Shown here: positions 47,801 to 55,946 of the stretch, one piece after another | Layout of the letters: the number at the start of each line of letters is the position of its first letter | Position numbering within the stretch: the stretch's first letter is position 1 | Source of the DNA: Pseudomonadota bacterium | GTDB lineage: Bacteria > Pseudomonadota > Gammaproteobacteria > Enterobacterales > JBCCZV01 | Length of the DNA: 64,000 bases | NCBI GenBank assembly: GCA_039187085.1 | Contig: JBCCZV010000003.1 | Span: 6,720-70,719 of the forward strand | Direction: 5' to 3' | Program-made: the position numbers and the translations under genes | The notes under the pieces: generated by a model | Database searches by the model: none | Seen by the model: the letters and a program-made list of their open reading frames with translations, nothing else | Told to the model about the DNA's origin: nothing

Positions 47801-48932
47801 TATTTTCATCAACACCTTGATGATGAAAATATTTTGTTGCAGGATTATAAATATTAACACCGCCGGTTTGAGTACCTATCCATAATAATCCTGAACGATC
47901 TTCAAAAATGTCATGGATATTGTCATTTGTTAGACCACGTTGTTTAGAAGCATTAAAGCGATAAGAAATAAATGCGTCAGCATCATCAAATTTCTCTCCT
48001 AATCCTTCGGAAGTACCTACCCATAAAGTACCATCTTGATCGAGTAGAAGGGTGTTTACACTTTGATGAGGTAAACTGTAAGGGTTCCTTGTATCAGCGG
48101 TAATGTGTTTGTAATCGCCATTTTTTTGAATCACAAATAACCCTGTTGTCGAGGTTCCCAGCCAAACATTTTGAGCGTTGTCTTCAACCATAGAAGTAAC
48201 ATGAGAGACGGTGTGCTGTGTGCGAGTTGTCAAATGGATTTTTTTAAAAGTGGAGGTTTGAGTTTGGTAATAATAAAGCCCAGAATAAAACATACCAATG
48301 TAAATATTTCCCTGACTATCCTCCATCAATGAAGAAATATAATCATTGTTGGGAATCGCTGCCCCAAAAGTGGTTATAGGAATGGCTTCTAGTGCATCAG
48401 TCTCGTAACGATAGCGGTACAAGTTAGCTCTATGTCCAACCCACAAATGTTGTTTGCCTTTAGCAATAACAGAACGAAAGGTGCGTTGCCCACCAATGTA
48501 GTTTGGTTGAATATATCCATAACGATCAAATGACATAGTATCAGGATCGTAACGATTGAGGCCATTCCAAGTGGTTATCCATAGAGAGCCGCGATTATCA
48601 ATCACTAGATCAGTAACGTGGTTATCCGATAAGGAGCGAGGATCATCGGTTTCGTGACGAAATGAAAGTAACTGATAACCATCATATCGACTCAGGCCAC
48701 TCATGCTCCCTAACCAAATGTAACCATCGGTATCTTGAGTGATAGAAGTGACAGTATTCGTTTTTAATCCATCATTAATGGTGAGTGAAGAAACCGAAAT
48801 GGCTTGGACATTGTGAAGTATGCACAAATAGAGTAAGGTCGAGGTAGTGCAAATTTTGATAATTTGCACCTCTTGCACCAAATAGAAAGCGTTTAGTATT
48901 TTTTTCGTTATTATGTTAGTTAGAAAACCCAT
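44811..48932 (-). CDS. Hybrid sensor histidine kinase with a periplasmic double beta-propeller (Reg_prop repeats + Y_Y_Y), HisKA-HATPase, a degenerate receiver-like spacer and a C-terminal receiver
   Basis: 1373 aa. I count 14 repeats of the (L/I)W(I/V)GT..GL.R(Y/F)D type. A Y_Y_Y-like segment follows (FRYRLNGFDDAWQY...GNYIFEVQG), then a TM helix (LAYVTIFLLLIWFYV). The kinase has H-box FLATTSHELRTPMNG, N-box NLVGNALKFT, DSGIGI and GGTGLGLAIS. The REC domain reads ILLAEDNSINQ...DIILMDVQMPEMDG...TANA...KP. It has no DNA-binding domain. Confidence 0.85.
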   Translation of the reverse strand: MGFLTNIITKKILNAFYLVQEVQIIKICTTSTLLYLCILHNVQAISVSSLTINDGLKTNTVTSITQDTDGYIWLGSMSGLSRYDGYQLLSFRHETDDPRSLSDNHVTDLVIDNRGSLWITTWNGLNRYDPDTMSFDRYGYIQPNYIGGQRTFRSVIAKGKQHLWVGHRANLYRYRYETDALEAIPITTFGAAIPNNDYISSLMEDSQGNIYIGMFYSGLYYYQTQTSTFKKIHLTTRTQHTVSHVTSMVEDNAQNVWLGTSTTGLFVIQKNGDYKHITADTRNPYSLPHQSVNTLLLDQDGTLWVGTSEGLGEKFDDADAFISYRFNASKQRGLTNDNIHDIFEDRSGLLWIGTQTGGVNIYNPATKYFHHQGVDENKPTTLSGKVIRGMAEDYLGYIWIGTQNSGVSRFDIYRDEYQTYRFNPDDPFSIPNDRVSAIYEDRDKELWVTTLGGLARYDRNQDYFITYRHDANDPNSIPTNKPISLYHSSNGTLWIGSRDKGLIAYNKIKNTYKSYLHERYNIHSISNNRIRPLLEDSSGKLWVGTTHGLNRFDPITETFQRFHHKPNDKTSISDDYIFSLHEDKSGRIWVGTRRGLNLYHNDTHQFTHFTQTDGLPNDNIYGILEELDQPVLWLSTNYGLSQLDLRSMTFKNFDVTHGLQNNEFNPPAALRTRSGMMIFGGIDGFNFFHPKAIKKNPLQPKVVITSVISENNQLITNKPFELKNGIELSHTDQVISFRYAALDFTNSLRNQFRYRLNGFDDAWQYGGNNQFVTYTNLDPGNYIFEVQGSNSDSVWSYNTASVKLKVHPAPWFTPWANLAYVTIFLLLIWFYVHRHQRELAKEREVATKLREVSALKDQFLATTSHELRTPMNGVIGTASLLLETPMSNEQRELVEMIRISSENLLSIINDILDFSRIEAGKIELIHHPFSLTQLIEEVLDIFTVQAQANGIEMAYFIAKSTPDKVIGDSQRIRQILINLVGNALKFTQKGQVTLTIKSVITSKNSQSFLKFTIVDSGIGIPKDKMKSLFEAFTQVDASTTRRFGGTGLGLAISQRLVKLMQGKIWVDSQVNRGTSFSFHIPLVKHSTNKEESLNPEACPFNSQKILLCHENMKIANIISQYLKRWKLDVSVFNTIKDNPVSIEEKDYQLTLINHNKKVTPTHKVKDILSYTKHKPVIFISPIPQEELIAAYEYQTFEIKAPIKWQKLYAMCSALLQISQFPQHDLLTTQNHPTEEIANLLPATILLAEDNSINQKIALQMLNRLGYQDVDTALNGQQAVEKCAHKHYDIILMDVQMPEMDGLTATREIVNQRTQPCHQHIIAMTANAMEGDKEKCIAAGMDSYLPKPVKMSQLRQQLYMALQDQDVELNVHSH

Positions 48933-49441
48933 AAAGTATTCCCAATGTGGAGCTTAAGCAAAGGTTCCACTTATTCAAAGGGATATACTCGTCATCGAAA
49001 CAAGCCCTCCTACGTAGAATCCTGCACTAAAATCAAGCTACGCCTAACTATACTGTTGGCGTTAAAAGTAAAAATCTAGCAAGCCCGTGAAAAATGGTAT
49101 GTTTTAATTTTTTCAATAACAGCTTATTTAAAGTGTATGCAGGAATCGCGGACTGCGACATAGGAATAATTGCGCGATCAAAGTGCTAATCAAAGAAAAA
49201 TATCTTAGGTGTAAAGTCTAACAATAAAAATGGATAAAAATTATTAGTCGTGAATCACAAGGAATGTCTGAGACTGGGATTGCAATTTCATTCATCACGC
49301 ATTAGACTATCGCGTCCTAAATTAGTATTAAGTTCTCCTTGCTGCATCGTGTTTGGATACTGAAAAAACTAACAGATTGTTTTTGTTAAGTTTTTTTTAT
49401 CACAGCATGGGTGGCTGGATTCCGAGAGGAGTGTTTTACAC

Positions 49442-49900
49442 ATGAGACATTATGAAGTAGTTTTTTTGGTGCATCCTGATCAAAGTGATCAAGTACCGGG
49501 TATGATCGAGCGTTATTCAGCTTTAGTGACTGATTCTGGTGGCGTTATTCATCGTGTTGAAGATTGGGGGCGTCGTCAGTTAGCTTACCCTATCAACAAA
49601 ATCCACAAAGCTCACTATGTTATGATGAACATTGAAAGTGGCAAAGAAGCTGTCGATGAGTTAGAAAATACTTTCCGTTTCAATGACGCAGTGATTCGTA
49701 ATCTAGTCATCCGTACTAAGAATGCGTATACCGAGCCATCTCCATTGGTTAAAGCGAAAGAAGAGAAATCAGAGCGCGGCGATTTTCGAGATCGAAATGA
49801 CCAACGTTCAGAGCGCAGAGAAGAGAAGCCTGCTGAGCAGGAAAAGCCTGAAGTCGTAGAAAGCGAAACAACAGGTAGCTCTGAAAGCGATACCGAATAA
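49442..49900 (+). CDS. rpsF: 30S ribosomal protein S6 (with extended acidic C-terminal tail)
   Basis: It starts [18 protein letters not shown] and contains [10 protein letters not shown]. At 152 aa it has a long Glu/Arg/Ser-rich tail. Confidence 0.97.
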   Translation: MRHYEVVFLVHPDQSDQVPGMIERYSALVTDSGGVIHRVEDWGRRQLAYPINKIHKAHYVMMNIESGKEAVDELENTFRFNDAVIRNLVIRTKNAYTEPSPLVKAKEEKSERGDFRDRNDQRSERREEKPAEQEKPEVVESETTGSSESDTE

Positions 49901-49931
49901 ATACCTTTGATCTTTTAAGGAGATAGCCAAT

Positions 49932-50159
49932 ATGTCACGTTTTTTTCGCCGTCGAAAATTTTGTCGATTCACCTCTGAAGGTGTAACTGAAATCGATTAC
50001 AAAGATTTAGCGACGCTAAAAAATTACATTACTGAGACTGGTAAAATTGTACCAAGCCGTATTACGGGGACCAAAGCGAAATATCAGCGTCAATTATCGA
50101 CTGCTGTTAAGCGAGCTCGCTTTTTAGCCTTATTACCTTACTCGGATGGGCATGAGTAA
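49932..50159 (+). CDS. rpsR: 30S ribosomal protein S18
   Basis: 75 aa with [14 protein letters not shown]...IDYKD...[15 protein letters not shown]...YQRQL..AVKRAR.LALLPY. Confidence 0.97.
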   Translation: MSRFFRRRKFCRFTSEGVTEIDYKDLATLKNYITETGKIVPSRITGTKAKYQRQLSTAVKRARFLALLPYSDGHE

Positions 50160-50243
50160 AAAACTAAATAAGAGTAATCGCTTTGAATATGCTGTATTTA
50201 AGTGATTGCTTTAGTGTCATAGATTGATTAAGAGGTAGGCAAA

Positions 50244-50693
50244 GTGAATATCATCCTGCTAGAAAATATCCGAGGTTTAGGTCAACTAGGTGAAGCAGTT
50301 GATGTGAAACCGGGTTACGGACGTAACTTCCTAATTCCACAAGGCAAAGCAGTTCCAGCAACTGAAGAGAATGTTAAATATTTTGAAGAGCGTCGTGCTG
50401 AGCTTGAAGCAAAATCCGCTGACTCTTTAAAAGTTGCGCAAGATAGAGCTGAAAAATTCAACGATTTAACCATTACTATTGCAGCAAGAGCGGGTGATGA
50501 AGGTAAGTTGTTTGGTTCAATTGGTTCGCAAGACATTGCTGATGCAGCAACAGAAGCTGGTGCACAACTTGAGCGTAAAGAAGTACGTTTACCAACAGGC
50601 GCTATCCGCTCAACAGGTGAATTTGAAATTGCTATTCATCTGCACCCTGAAGTTGACGGTACGCTAAAATTGGTTGTTGTAGCTGATGCTTAA
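50244..50693 (+). CDS. rplI: 50S ribosomal protein L9
   Basis: It uses a GTG start behind AAGAGG. (M)[36 protein letters not shown] is the L9 signature. Confidence 0.97.
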   Translation: MNIILLENIRGLGQLGEAVDVKPGYGRNFLIPQGKAVPATEENVKYFEERRAELEAKSADSLKVAQDRAEKFNDLTITIAARAGDEGKLFGSIGSQDIADAATEAGAQLERKEVRLPTGAIRSTGEFEIAIHLHPEVDGTLKLVVVADA

Positions 50694-50804
50694 AGGTGTT
50701 GGGCGACAACAGATAAGTTGATAGCCGGTACACTTTTGTTGCATTATATCCTATTAAGAATGTAACTTGTTAAATTGGTTGTTAACTGAACGCTTTGTAT
50801 TATC

Positions 50805-50841
50805 AAAGGCACTGTACACATTTCAGGTATAGTGCCTTTTT
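50805..50841 (+). terminator. Terminator-like hairpin after rplI, ending 13 nt before the dnaB ATG
   Basis: AAAGGCACTGTAC (50805-50817) pairs with GTATAGTGCCTTT (50827-50839), 13 bp with one G.U and a 9-nt loop. The T-run extends to 50841. Confidence 0.5.
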
Positions 50842-50853
50842 CCGTTATGTGGC

Positions 50854-52221
50854 ATGAATAAAAATATCGATTTACCTGATAACGTAAGATTACCTCCTCA
50901 CTCTATTGAAGCCGAGCAATCGGTATTGGGTGGGGTTATGCTTGATCCGGAATATTGGGATAGATTAGCGGAAATCTTAGTCGAACAAGATTTTTATCGC
51001 CAACAGCATCAAATTATCTTCTCAGCAATTCGCCAGCTCGTCGAAGGTGGCCAAGAACTTGATATCATCACCCTTTCTGAAAGACTTGAGGGAATCGATG
51101 AGGACAATGTCAGTGGTGGGATCGCTTACCTCACTGAGCTGGCTAAAATTACACCAAGTGCAGCTAACATTCTGGCTTATGCTGAGATTGTTCAAGAAAG
51201 AGCTGTGTTAAGGCAGCTGATAGGGGCAGCGAATGATGTAATTGATGCGACCTTTAATCGAGGCGCAAAAAAGCCGGACGAGCTAATCGATTTTGCTGAG
51301 TCGACTATCTTTCGTGTGGCTGAGTCACGTGATCATCGAGAGTCAGGTCCGCAAGGGATTAAGCCTTTGTTGCAAAAGGCTTTGAGTAAAATTGAAGTCA
51401 TTGCTGAAGCTAGAGGCGGGATCACCGGTTTATCAACCGGTTTCACCGATTTAGATAAACTGACGACCGGAATGCAACCCGCTGATCTGGTTATTGTGGC
51501 GGCCCGTCCTTCAATGGGTAAAACCACATTTGCTATGAACATGGTAGAGCATGCTGCAGTCAATGCAGATAAACCTGCGTTGGTGTTTTCCATGGAGATG
51601 CCGGCAGAAGCGTTAATGATGCGTTCTCTTGCTTCGCTTGGGCGGGTCGACTCAAGCCATATGCGAACGGGTGAGTTAGATAATCAAGATTGGGCGCAAT
51701 TGACTAGTGCTTTTAACTTGCTCAATGAACAAGGCAAGCTTTATATTGATGATACACCAAGTTTAACACCATCAGAGGTTCGCAGTCGAGCTCGGCGGCT
51801 GTATCGAGAACATGGTGGTCTTTCTATGATTATGATTGACTATTTACAGCTGATGAAAGTACCTGCGCTTAGCGACAATCGAACTTTAGAAATTGCAGAA
51901 ATTTCTCGCTCTTTGAAAGCGTTAGCAAAGGAACTAGGAATACCCGTTGTGGCTTTGTCTCAGTTGAATCGAAGTTTGGAGTCGCGTGCTGATCGTCGCC
52001 CAGTGATGTCAGATATTCGTGAGTCAGGTTCTATAGAGCAAGACGCTGATCTGATCATGTTTATCTATCGCGATGAAGTATATAATCCTGAAACAGAAGC
52101 CAAAGGAACGGCAGAAATTATCATAGGCAAACAAAGAAATGGTCCTATTGGTACCGTAAGATTAACTTTCATTGGAAAATATACACGTTTCGAAAACTAT
52201 GCAGTAAGCGAAGAATATTAG
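50854..52221 (+). CDS. dnaB: Replicative DNA helicase DnaB
   Basis: 455 aa with PPHSIEAEQSVLGG, Walker A ARPSMGKTTFAMN, IDYLQLM and SQLNRSLE..R....DLRESGSIEQDAD. Confidence 0.97.
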   Translation: MNKNIDLPDNVRLPPHSIEAEQSVLGGVMLDPEYWDRLAEILVEQDFYRQQHQIIFSAIRQLVEGGQELDIITLSERLEGIDEDNVSGGIAYLTELAKITPSAANILAYAEIVQERAVLRQLIGAANDVIDATFNRGAKKPDELIDFAESTIFRVAESRDHRESGPQGIKPLLQKALSKIEVIAEARGGITGLSTGFTDLDKLTTGMQPADLVIVAARPSMGKTTFAMNMVEHAAVNADKPALVFSMEMPAEALMMRSLASLGRVDSSHMRTGELDNQDWAQLTSAFNLLNEQGKLYIDDTPSLTPSEVRSRARRLYREHGGLSMIMIDYLQLMKVPALSDNRTLEIAEISRSLKALAKELGIPVVALSQLNRSLESRADRRPVMSDIRESGSIEQDADLIMFIYRDEVYNPETEAKGTAEIIIGKQRNGPIGTVRLTFIGKYTRFENYAVSEEY

Positions 52222-52414
52222 CTCTGCCATGTCGCCAGTTCTTCCAGTTATGATATTCTTATTAATGTTCTGTGTTCCTTTTTAGCCATCCACTCAACAT
52301 GTTTGATCACTGGTGCTATCTTAAAATATGGATTAAGACCTGTAATTAGTACTTGCCATTGTGCTGTTTAAATGACATGAAGTGCTAACCTAATGATTTA
52401 AAGCGGAGCCAATA

Positions 52415-53494
52415 TTGAGAATTGCAAAAGCGATAATTAGCTTCAAAGCCTTGCGACATAACTTATCTCTGGTCAAGCGTATTGCACACAATAAACCTAT
52501 CATGGTGGTTTTGAAAGCGAATGCGTACAGCCACGGTATTACAGAAGTTGCAAAAAATTTGTACCCTGGCTACACCAGTATTGGTGTTGCCTCGTTGCAG
52601 GAAGCTATCTCGCTTAGGCAGTTAAATTTAGAAGCAGATATTATTTTACTAAGTGGTGTAAATCACACACAAGCTATGCAACAAGCTATTGAAAATAAAG
52701 TGACTTTAGTGGTGCATAACGCTGTGGGTTTAGATCTGATGATGAATAACTTGCGCAACTATCAACAGGATATTTGGTTAAAAGTCGACACGGGTATGCA
52801 CCGTTTGGGTTTTGATTCATCAGAATTTATGCAAGCGCTAGAGAAATTGTTGCAAGTTGGTGTTCCCAAAGAGCGTATCGTTTTAATGTCTCATTTATCG
52901 CATGCGGATGAGTTGGATGCTAATCAGACTCAAGAGCAAATCAATCAATTTAAAGCCTTAACCAAAAATTCGGGATGTCGTCGTTGCTTAGCTAACTCGG
53001 CAGGTATTTTGGCATGGCCCGAAGCCCATTTTGATTATGTACGAAGCGGTCTAATGATTTACGGCTGCTCGCCGCTAGCGAATACCATAGGCAAACAGCA
53101 TCAATTGCAGCCAGCTATGAGCTTTGAATCAGAAGTTATTGCGGTAAAAACTGTTCGTAAAGGTGGGACTGTTGGTTATTGCGGTACTTGGAAAGCGGCC
53201 CAAGATACGCGTATCGCTGTTGTTTCTGTCGGATATGGTGACGGCTACCCTCGACATGCTACAAATGGTACGCCTGTATGGATTCAAGGTAAAGAGTACC
53301 CATTGGTAGGGCGTATTTCTATGGATATGTTAACCGTTGAAATTGGCGGTGATTCTATACAAGTCGGTGATAGGGTAGTTTTGTGGGGTGATGAACTTCC
53401 TATCGAAACCATCGCCAGCTTCGCAGATACGATTCCTTACGAGTTGCTGTGTAATATTACACAGCGTGTCACTTTGGTTTATGAAGAAACTTGA
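52415..53494 (+). CDS. alr: Alanine racemase
   Basis: It uses a TTG start behind GGAG. It has the PLP-lysine motif VLKANAYSHG, plus GYGDGYPR and GRISMDM. Confidence 0.92.
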   Translation: MRIAKAIISFKALRHNLSLVKRIAHNKPIMVVLKANAYSHGITEVAKNLYPGYTSIGVASLQEAISLRQLNLEADIILLSGVNHTQAMQQAIENKVTLVVHNAVGLDLMMNNLRNYQQDIWLKVDTGMHRLGFDSSEFMQALEKLLQVGVPKERIVLMSHLSHADELDANQTQEQINQFKALTKNSGCRRCLANSAGILAWPEAHFDYVRSGLMIYGCSPLANTIGKQHQLQPAMSFESEVIAVKTVRKGGTVGYCGTWKAAQDTRIAVVSVGYGDGYPRHATNGTPVWIQGKEYPLVGRISMDMLTVEIGGDSIQVGDRVVLWGDELPIETIASFADTIPYELLCNITQRVTLVYEET

Positions 53495-54795
53495 GAAGGT
53501 GTTTTTAGAGCAGCCTGGTACACGGCTTCGTAGACTTTATCATGCGCATTTTGATTGAGAGCTTGAGGTACCAAGGTATCGGCTTTAGCGAGATCCGATA
53601 ACGTTTCTGAAACGGCTATTTTCATTTCATGTGTAATTTGACTGACACCGGCATCGAGTGCGCCACGAAATAATCCAGGAAAAGCCAGCATATTGTTGAC
53701 AGTCTTACCATCTGAAGCATACAGTGCGCCTCGTTCAATAGCGACATCTGGTTCAATCTCAGGATCAGGGTTAGTTAAAGCTAAAATGATTTGTCCTTTT
53801 CTGACTAATTCAGGTTTTATCAAACCTTTAACGCCAGTTGTCGCTATGACAATATCAGCTTGCAACATTAAATCTTCGAGGTTAGCTGTTTGCCCACCGC
53901 GCTGTTCTAAATATTCACAAGCAACGGTATTTATGTCACACCCAACAACATCTTTAACGCCGTAGCGCATTAGCAAGGTACAAATACCCATACCGGCAGC
54001 ACCGAGTCCAACTTGGCCTACGGACTGTTCTCGAAGATCAATCCCTAAGCGTTTAGCAATAGTTAGCAAAGCTGCCAGTACAACCATAGCAGTGCCATGT
54101 TGGTCATCATGAAAGACAGGAATAGGTAGCGCTTTGATGAGTTGCTCTTCAACTTCAAAGCACTCCGGAGCTTTGATATCTTCAAGCAAAATGGCACCAA
54201 ATGATGTGTAAATAGATTTTACTGTTTGAACAATTTTTTGTGGGTCTTTTTCTTCAACAAGGATAGGAACCCCAGAAAGACCAGCTAACTCTGACAAAAG
54301 AGCAGCTTTACCTTCCATCACTGGTAAACCCGCCTCACAACCAATATCACCCAAGCCTAATATGGCTGTGCCGTTGGTAATCACGGCAACAGTGCTAGAG
54401 CGATTAGTAAACTCACGAATTTTTTGCGGTTCTTTGCGAATGAGTTCGCAAACTCGTGCCACGCCTGGCGTGTACACATCTCTCAATACCTCAAGAGAGT
54501 TAATTTCCAGTTTTGAAACGGTTTTTATTTTACCGCCTTTGTGACGGTTAAAAACGCGATCAGATTTACCAACAATTTTAGTATCGGCTAAGTCGTTAAT
54601 ACCTCTGACTAAAATTTTAATATCAAAATTGTCATCATATTCGATGGTGACTTCCCAAATTGTGTCCGAATCTAAGCGTCGAACTGCGTTAACACCTTCA
54701 ACAGTGATACCGCACTCACCAATAACGCCAAGAATTTTGGCCATATTACCGGGTTTATGGGGAGCTTCTACCAAAAGCGTTTCGACGATTCTCAT
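53479..54795 (-). CDS. NAD(P)-dependent malic enzyme, short form with an N-terminal ACT-like domain
   Basis: The first roughly 75 aa ([38 protein letters not shown]...) look like an ACT fold. A malic-enzyme core follows: [51 protein letters not shown] and the Rossmann motif GLGAAGMG. Its 3' end overlaps the alr 3' end by 16 nt. Confidence 0.85.
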   Translation of the reverse strand: MRIVETLLVEAPHKPGNMAKILGVIGECGITVEGVNAVRRLDSDTIWEVTIEYDDNFDIKILVRGINDLADTKIVGKSDRVFNRHKGGKIKTVSKLEINSLEVLRDVYTPGVARVCELIRKEPQKIREFTNRSSTVAVITNGTAILGLGDIGCEAGLPVMEGKAALLSELAGLSGVPILVEEKDPQKIVQTVKSIYTSFGAILLEDIKAPECFEVEEQLIKALPIPVFHDDQHGTAMVVLAALLTIAKRLGIDLREQSVGQVGLGAAGMGICTLLMRYGVKDVVGCDINTVACEYLEQRGGQTANLEDLMLQADIVIATTGVKGLIKPELVRKGQIILALTNPDPEIEPDVAIERGALYASDGKTVNNMLAFPGLFRGALDAGVSQITHEMKIAVSETLSDLAKADTLVPQALNQNAHDKVYEAVYQAALKTPSQVSS

Positions 54796-54950
54796 AGTTG
54801 ATTGATCCTGCTTCTATTAATCGTGATAAAGTCTAACTGGGTCATTGAGGAATTACCAGTTACCTTTAGTATGGCTAGGAAGTGGATGGCTTGCCATGGT
54901 TGATGTCCATGCAGTGAAAGGCTATAGTAAATCACCCTAAACTAACGCTC

Positions 54951-55946
54951 ATGTTGAGGTTACTATCAGATATGACAGAAATTGATCGCAAGCTTTCCAT
55001 TGCACCTATGATGGATTTGACGGATCGACATGATCGCTTTTTTTTGCGTTGTCTATCGGAAAATGTGCTTTTGTATTCGGAAATGATAACCTGTGGAGCT
55101 GTTATTCATGGTGATCGTAATTACCTGCTTGGTTTTAACGCAGAGGAACACCCGGTAGCATTACAATTAGGTGGTTCTAACGCAGAAGAACTCGCGGAAG
55201 CGGCAAAAATTGCTGAAGATTTTGGGTATGACGAAATCAATCTCAACGTTGGTTGTCCAAGCGATCGTGTGCAGTCGGGCCGCTTTGGTGCTTGTTTAAT
55301 GGCTGAACCTCAGTTAGTCGCCGAATGTGTTGCGGCTATGTGTGATGCTGTAAGCCTACCTGTAACGGTCAAAACGCGTCTAGGTATCGATGATTTGGAT
55401 AATGATGACTATCTACATACTTTTGTGAATGAGATAGCCAAAGCAGGATGCGATACATGGGTGATTCACGCGCGCAAGGCTTGGTTACAAGGGTTGAGTC
55501 CTAAAGAAAATCGCGATATTCCTCCGTTACAATACGAACGGGTCTACTTCCTTAAGGAAACTTTTCCTCACTTGCATATCACGCTGAATGGTGGAGTACT
55601 CAACATTGACGAAACCCTACAACATTTAGAATGCGTTGATGGTGTTATGATTGGTCGGGAAGCTTATCAAAACCCCTATTTCTTGGCGGAAGTGGATAAG
55701 CGAGTCTTTGGAGTATCCTCTATTCAGCCTTCTCGGACAGATATTGTGCATAAAATGTTGCAGTATATAGAAGAGCAGTTGAGCCTAGGTGCCAAATTGA
55801 GCCATGTTACGCGTCATATGCTTGGGCTATTTAATGGTATGCCTGGTGCAAGAAGGTGGCGACGTCACTTAAGTGAACATGCTATCAAACCAGGAGCAGG
55901 CCCCGAAGTGCTTTTAGAGGCATTAGCGCAAGTTGAATCTTTTTAA
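54951..55946 (+). CDS. dusA: tRNA-dihydrouridine(20/20a) synthase DusA
   Basis: It has LSIAPMMDLTDRHDRFFLR, INLNVGCPSDRVQSGRFGACLM and VKTRLG. The start could be ATG 54951 or ATG 54972 (MTEIDRK...). Confidence 0.9.
   Translation: MLRLLSDMTEIDRKLSIAPMMDLTDRHDRFFLRCLSENVLLYSEMITCGAVIHGDRNYLLGFNAEEHPVALQLGGSNAEELAEAAKIAEDFGYDEINLNVGCPSDRVQSGRFGACLMAEPQLVAECVAAMCDAVSLPVTVKTRLGIDDLDNDDYLHTFVNEIAKAGCDTWVIHARKAWLQGLSPKENRDIPPLQYERVYFLKETFPHLHITLNGGVLNIDETLQHLECVDGVMIGREAYQNPYFLAEVDKRVFGVSSIQPSRTDIVHKMLQYIEEQLSLGAKLSHVTRHMLGLFNGMPGARRWRRHLSEHAIKPGAGPEVLLEALAQVESF

Noticed and set aside
48933-49441. I considered a possible RsmY/RsmZ-type sRNA because of repeated GGA motifs in the spacer upstream of rpsF.
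   Set aside because: I counted about 11 GGA triplets in about 500 nt, against roughly 6 expected by composition. They are not placed in hairpin loops in any pattern I could fold by hand. The enrichment is too weak.
52229-52285. This is an 18-codon hydrophobic mini-ORF (MSPVLPVMIFLLMFCVPF) starting 8 nt after the dnaB stop.
   Set aside because: It has no SD and is very short, so it is indistinguishable from chance in AT-rich DNA. It would need ribosome profiling or conservation evidence.
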